DNA of 64,000 bases, taken from Mobula hypostoma (taxonomy: Eukaryota). Where the stretch lies: positions 49,168,001 through 49,232,000 of the forward strand of contig NC_086097.1 of NCBI RefSeq assembly GCF_963921235.1, written 5' to 3'. The position numbers and the translations under genes were made by a program. This document shows positions 59,501 through 64,000 of the stretch, one piece after another; positions within the stretch are counted from its first letter, which is position 1; each line of letters begins with the position of its first letter. The notes below the pieces were generated by a model that worked only from the letters and a program-made list of their open reading frames with translations, did not search any database and was not told the DNA's origin.

Positions 59501-60050
59501 ATCAGTGACAGTACTCCGTAATAAAGACTGGTTGCTGAAGGCAGGTGATTAGTTGTATAGCTCAGTATAGAAAAACATTTGGGAAGAATAGATGGGAAGG
59601 AATCCAAGTTACAGCAGAGACATCAAGTTCCACTACTTTGATGGAGTGGCCAGTGATGGACTGAACAGTCCAGAAAGGGGTGCCACTGGGAGGGAGGTCC
59701 TTGCAGTCATCCAAATAGAGGCCACCCGACCCCTCCTGTACATCGATAACAGAGTCTGAGAGACCAGTTGGCAAGATTCTGACATTTATTGTCATGACCT
59801 GGACTGTGAGCGGTTGTCTGTGTGCCTGATACATGAAGGAGTGAAGGTAAAGAATGTGATTAAACTGCAATCGGCCAGCAGGCAAGGAGGCAACAAGCAT
59901 ACAAATGACCAAGCTGTATTTTAAAGACTTCTGTTTAGAGTCTTGTTGGTAGCCACTAGGGATTATAGCGTAGATGTAGATGCACATGATAGGTAATTTT
60001 GAGAAGGGTTCCGAAATACGGAGCATTTTTGCTGCCCTATTTGATTTGGC
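56533..60050 (+). mobile_element. Endogenous retrovirus remnant: 5' LTR, PBS, degenerate gag-pro-RNase H; no RT motifs or 3' LTR seen
   Basis: LTR TG(56533)...CA(56945) with AATAAA at 56882, then a PBS and leader donor gg|gtgagt near 57012. Zinc knuckle CFVCQQWGHIARNC at 58123-58164; protease MLVDTG at 58433-58450 and ILGID; RNase H-like LLAVVQLPEKVAVIQVKAQ. The right boundary and LTR start are approximate. Confidence 0.8.
56948..56965 (+). promoter_or_regulatory. Retroviral primer-binding site, tRNA-Pro type
   Basis: tgggggctcgtccaggat matches 17/18 of the canonical tRNA-Pro PBS TGGGGGCTCGTCCGGGAT and lies 2 nt after the LTR-terminal CA. Confidence 0.85.
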
Positions 60051-60188
60051 CTTTCCTCCAAATCTTATTCTTCATTATAACATTCAAGATGATTGTCAAT
60101 ACCTTCAAATTTTCTATATTTTCTAATTTGTTGAAGTAGTGAAATCATTTCATTTTTCCTCCCAGCCATTTCTGGCATCTCCAAGCCT

Positions 60189-60722
60189 CAACACAAAATA
60201 ATCTGCAGATGCTGTTGTCAAAGGTACACTCACAATGCGCTGGAGGAACTCAGCAGGTCAGTCAGCACCAGTTGAAAAGATTAGTTGACGTTCCGGGCCG
60301 AAACCCTTCGTCAGGACTGAAGGGAGAACTTTGGGGAGGGTTTGAAGAATGCTGGTAGTTGAAAAAAACAGTAATTTGAAAGACAAAGGGGTGGGAGAGG
60401 GGCTAAACTCAGGTTGGAGGAGCAACACCTCATATACCGTCCATGTAGTCTCCAGCCCCTTGGTATGAACATAGAATTCTCCAACTTCCAGTAATTCCCT
60501 CCCCCTCCCTTCCTCTATCCCTATTTCACATCACCTCCCTCATAGTTCCGCCTCCTTCTACTACTGCGCACTGTTCTCCTGCCAATCACCCCCCTGCTTC
60601 CCCTCCCCCACCCCTTTGTCTTTCAAATTACTGTTTTTTTCAACTACCAGCATTCTTCAAACCCTCCCCAAAGTTCTTCCTTCAGTCCTGACGAAGGGTT
60701 TCGGCCCGAAACGTCGACTAAT
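60189..60722 (+). mobile_element. Penelope-like fold-back insertion (related subfamily) inside the Tigger-like element
   Basis: 12-bp TSD atctccaagcct (60177-60188 / 60723-60734). About 120-bp inverted arms; [12 protein letters not shown] remnant of the endonuclease C-terminus; two hammerhead motifs. Confidence 0.85.
60684..60719 (+). ncRNA. Minimal hammerhead ribozyme motif, intact core
   Basis: agtc-CTGACGA-agggtttcggccc-GAAAC-GTC-gact; predicted cleavage after C60715. Confidence 0.75.
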
Positions 60723-61429
60723 ATCTCCAAGCCTGAATGCTTGAAACCGCAGTGAGCAAAACGGTTCAGAATTGTCTTACTGCCTATTTCTCACCAACTA
60801 TCAGTGACAAAAATCACTGCTTTTTGAACAACTGACACTATTTAAAAACTGTTTGCTCTATGCAGAGTGTTGTGTCCAATGGCCATGAAAGTGTAAGTGA
60901 CAGATGCTAAATAGAAACTGTTCAGCAACTGTCTCCTGCCCCAGTTAAGCATTATAGTATCCCAAATAAACAAGGGGAATCCTGGATATTTTCTTGATTC
61001 ATTTTTGTTCTTTAAGAGCGTCCCAAATAAGGGGCTGCCCAGATTAACTGATGTCCCAATTAAATGGAATGCACTGTATTAACATTTAGCAATGAGAACC
61101 TATCTACCCACAAAGAAACAGAATCCCTTGTATTTTAAATTCAAACATGGATTTAACAAATATTAAATCTAGCCCTCATATCAAGTACATAAACTAAAAA
61201 TAGTAAAGCATTCGTAACAGTATGGATTATTGTTTTAGTGTCAGTAATGTCATTAAACTGGTCACTGGTAAATTTCATTGCTGTTCATTTTTGGTTTGGA
61301 GAATAATGAAGAACATAATAAAATTCTTAAAAATGATACAAGTTAATCAAGTCACCTCATCTCACCAGAAAATGTAATAGATTTTTATATGGCTGGCAAT
61401 CATTAACAAAAAAGTTCAAAAAAGTGCAA

Positions 61430-63050
61430 AGTTAATTTATTATCAAAGTACATATATTTCACCATAGAATCAATGAAAGACTCCACCCAACAGGATTGAC
61501 AAACAATCAATGTGCAAAAGACAATAAAATATAAAAATACAAAAATTGATAATAATAATAATAAATAAACAAGCAATAAATATCAAGACCGTGAGATGAT
61601 CAGTCCTTGAAAGTGAATATATAGGTTGTGGGAATAGTTCAGTGATGGGGCAAGAGAAGTCATCCACTCTGATTCAGGAGCCTGATGGTTGAGAGGTAAT
61701 AACTATTCCTGAACCCAGTGGTGTGAACCGTGAGGCTCCTGTACCTTCTTCCTGATAACAGCATCAAGAAGAGAGCATGGCTGGGGGGTGGGGGTCCTTG
61801 ATGATGGATGTTGCTTTCCTGCTAAACGCTCCGTGCTCAGTAGTGGAGAGTACTTTACCCATGATGGACTGGATCATATCCATGTGTTGTATGATTTTTC
61901 ATTCAAGGGTATTGGTGTTTCCATACTAGGCCGTAATGCAACCAGCCAATATCACCTGTGACAGAATGGGTCTGCCATCGACAGCAAACTTGAATATGGC
62001 ATTAGAATTGTGCTGAATCACACAGTCATAAGTTTAAAGCAAGTAGAGCAGGAGGCTAAGCATACAGCCTTGTGGTTCACATGTGAAGATTATGGAGGAG
62101 ATGTTGTTGCCAATCCAAACTGACTGTGGTCGGCAAGTGATGAAATCAAAGATCCAGTTGCACAAGGTAGTGAGGCCTAGAGTCTGAAGTTTATTGATTA
62201 GTTTTAAGGGGATGATAGAATTGTAGTCAATAAACAGCACCCTGATTATGCATCTTCGCAGTCCAAATGTTCCAGGATTAAGTGAAGAGCCAATAAAATG
62301 GCATCTGCAGCAGATCTGTTGTGATGGTAGGCAAATTGGAGTGGCTTCTCAGGCAGGGCTTGATATGTTTCATCACCACCCTCTCAAAGCATTTCAACAC
62401 TATGGACGTAAGTGTCACTGGATGATTTAACAATCCCAGAGATCACCAACGTACATTTCCACTGATTGATAGGATTCAGCAACAAGCCATTAATCCCAAA
62501 TATAAATCCTTGTTTTTCATTGAAGATATCTGGGTAAGACTGAGTGGGAAAAGGTGGGAAGATTGATTGGAGGGTGATGCCAGCATACTTTTGAACATCT
62601 TCTTTCATATAATGACAGTGACTTACAACCAGGTTAAATTGGCATTGGTGTTGATTTATTATTGTCACTTGTACTAAGATACAGTGAAAAGCTTGACTTG
62701 CATACAATTTATGCAGATCAAATCATTACACAGTGCTTTGAGTTAGAATAAGATTATACTATAACAATGCAGAGTAAAATGTAAAAGCTGCCAAAAGTGC
62801 AAGATGGTAACATGGTAACTATCGTGAAGCCAAGAGACCATTTTATTGTACAAAAGGTCTGTTCAAGAATCTGAAACAATGTGATAGAAGCTGTCTTTGA
62901 GCCTGGTGGTCTGTATTTTCGGGCTTTTGTATCTTCTGCCGGATGGGAGAGGTGAGAAGAAAGAATGTCCAGGGTGGGTGGGGTACTTGTTTATGCAGGC
63001 ACTGCACACAAGGTTAGTGGGCAGGAAATGGTAAAGATATCTAGCCAAAA
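61430..63050 (-). mobile_element. Two degenerate Rex1/Babar-type LINE fragments (about 61430-62425 and 62630-63050)
   Basis: LFIDY...LCNWIFDF...PQGCMLS; HPGHSFFSPLPSGRRY; homology to 11092-12600. Confidence 0.75.
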
Positions 63051-63077
63051 GAAATTAGAAAGACTTGTTCTCATAAT

Positions 63078-64000
63078 ACATAGAAACATAGAAACATAGA
63101 AAATAGGTGCAGGAGTAGGCCATTCGGCCCTTCGAGCCTGCACCACCATTTATTATGGTCATGGCTGATCATCCAACTCAGAACCCCGCCCCAGCCTTCC
63201 CTCCATACCCCCTGACCCCTGTAGCCACAAGGGCCATATCTAACTCCCTCTTAAATATAGCCAATGAACTGGCCTCAACTGTTTCCTGTGGCAGAGAATT
63301 CCACAGATTCACCACTCTCTGTGTGAAGAAGTTTTTCCTAATCTCGGTCCTAAAAGGCTTCCCCTTTATCCTCAAACTGTGACCCCTTGTTCTGGACTTC
63401 CCCAACATCGGGAACAATCTTCCTGCATCTAGCCTGTCCAATCCCTTTAGGATTTTATACGTTTCAATCAGATCCCCCCTCAATCTTCTAAATTCCAACG
63501 AATACAAGCCCAGTTCATCCAGTCTTTCTTCATATGAAAGTCCTGCCATCCCAGGAATCAATCTGGTGAACCTTCTTTCTACTCCCTCTATGGCAAGGAT
63601 GTCTTTCCTCAGATTAGGGGACCAAAACTGCACACAATATTCCAGGTGTGGTCTCACCAAGGCCTTGTACAACTGCAGTAGTACCTCCCTGCTCCTGTAC
63701 TCGAATCCTCTCGCTATAAATGCCAGCATACCATTCGCCTTTTTCACCGCCTGCTGTACCTGCATGCCCACTTTCAATGACTGGTGTATAATGACACCCA
63801 GGTCTCGTTACACCTCCCCTTTTCCTAATCGGCCACCATTCAGATAATAATCTGTTTTCCTATTTTTGCTACCAAAGTGGATAACTTCACATTTATCCAC
63901 ATTAAATTGCATCTGCCATGAATTTGCCCACTCACCCAACCTATCCAAGTCACTCTGCATCCTCTTAGCATCCTCCTCACTGCTAACACTGCCACCCAGC
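63078..64000 (-). mobile_element. CR1 LINE 3' end, young, runs off the window
   Basis: Open 199-aa ORF2 C-terminus ([15 protein letters not shown]...RRLRGDLIETYKIL...FFTQRVVNLWNSLP); (acatagaa)3 tail. Confidence 0.92.

Larger units (their letters stand above)
56225..61076. mobile_element. Tigger/pogo-like (Tc1-mariner superfamily) non-autonomous element, host of the ERV and Penelope insertions
   Basis: TA at both ends. TIRs cactggattccaattaattgtgacacatc versus the reverse complement of the right end, cagtgcattccatttaattgggacatc. Confidence 0.75.

Noticed and set aside
59562..60026. 154-aa minus-strand ORF
   Set aside because: Antisense to the ERV remnant with no recognisable motif; I also could not support an env on the plus strand.
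62452..62625. Possible upstream exon of the unidentified gene (DIFNEKQGFIFGINGLLLNPINQWK, donor T|gtacgt)
   Set aside because: Its phase-1 end does not fit the phase-2 acceptor at 55658, it has no recognisable homology, and it sits between LINE fragments.
1..64000. CRISPR array, operons or prokaryotic defence systems
   Set aside because: Spliced vertebrate gene and eukaryotic repeats throughout; no regularly spaced repeat-spacer array.

Overview
Eukaryotic, repeat-dense vertebrate DNA. The repeat content (HE1/V-SINE-like SINEs, CR1, Rex1/Babar, Penelope-like elements) suggests a cartilaginous fish, probably a ray; this is an inference. The main gene is a minus-strand kinesin-3 of the KIF28/KLP-6 type. 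I assembled nine coding exons by hand (38732 to 3260). All have GT-AG boundaries and compatible phases, giving about 396 open codons that cover the whole motor domain and neck; the gene continues beyond the left edge. A probable terminal coding exon of an unidentified upstream gene lies at 55424-55658 (-). The rest is mobile DNA: a young, barely 5'-truncated L1 whose ORF2 is re-opened by a host ATG; two hAT fossils; a solo LTR; an endogenous retrovirus remnant (tRNA-Pro PBS, two zinc knuckles) nested in a Tigger-like element; nested Rex1 and CR1 stacks; and at least nine Penelope-derived minimal hammerhead ribozyme motifs, many in fold-back insertions with target-site duplications. No prokaryotic features or CRISPR arrays were seen. 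All family names come from recognition of motifs, not database searches.
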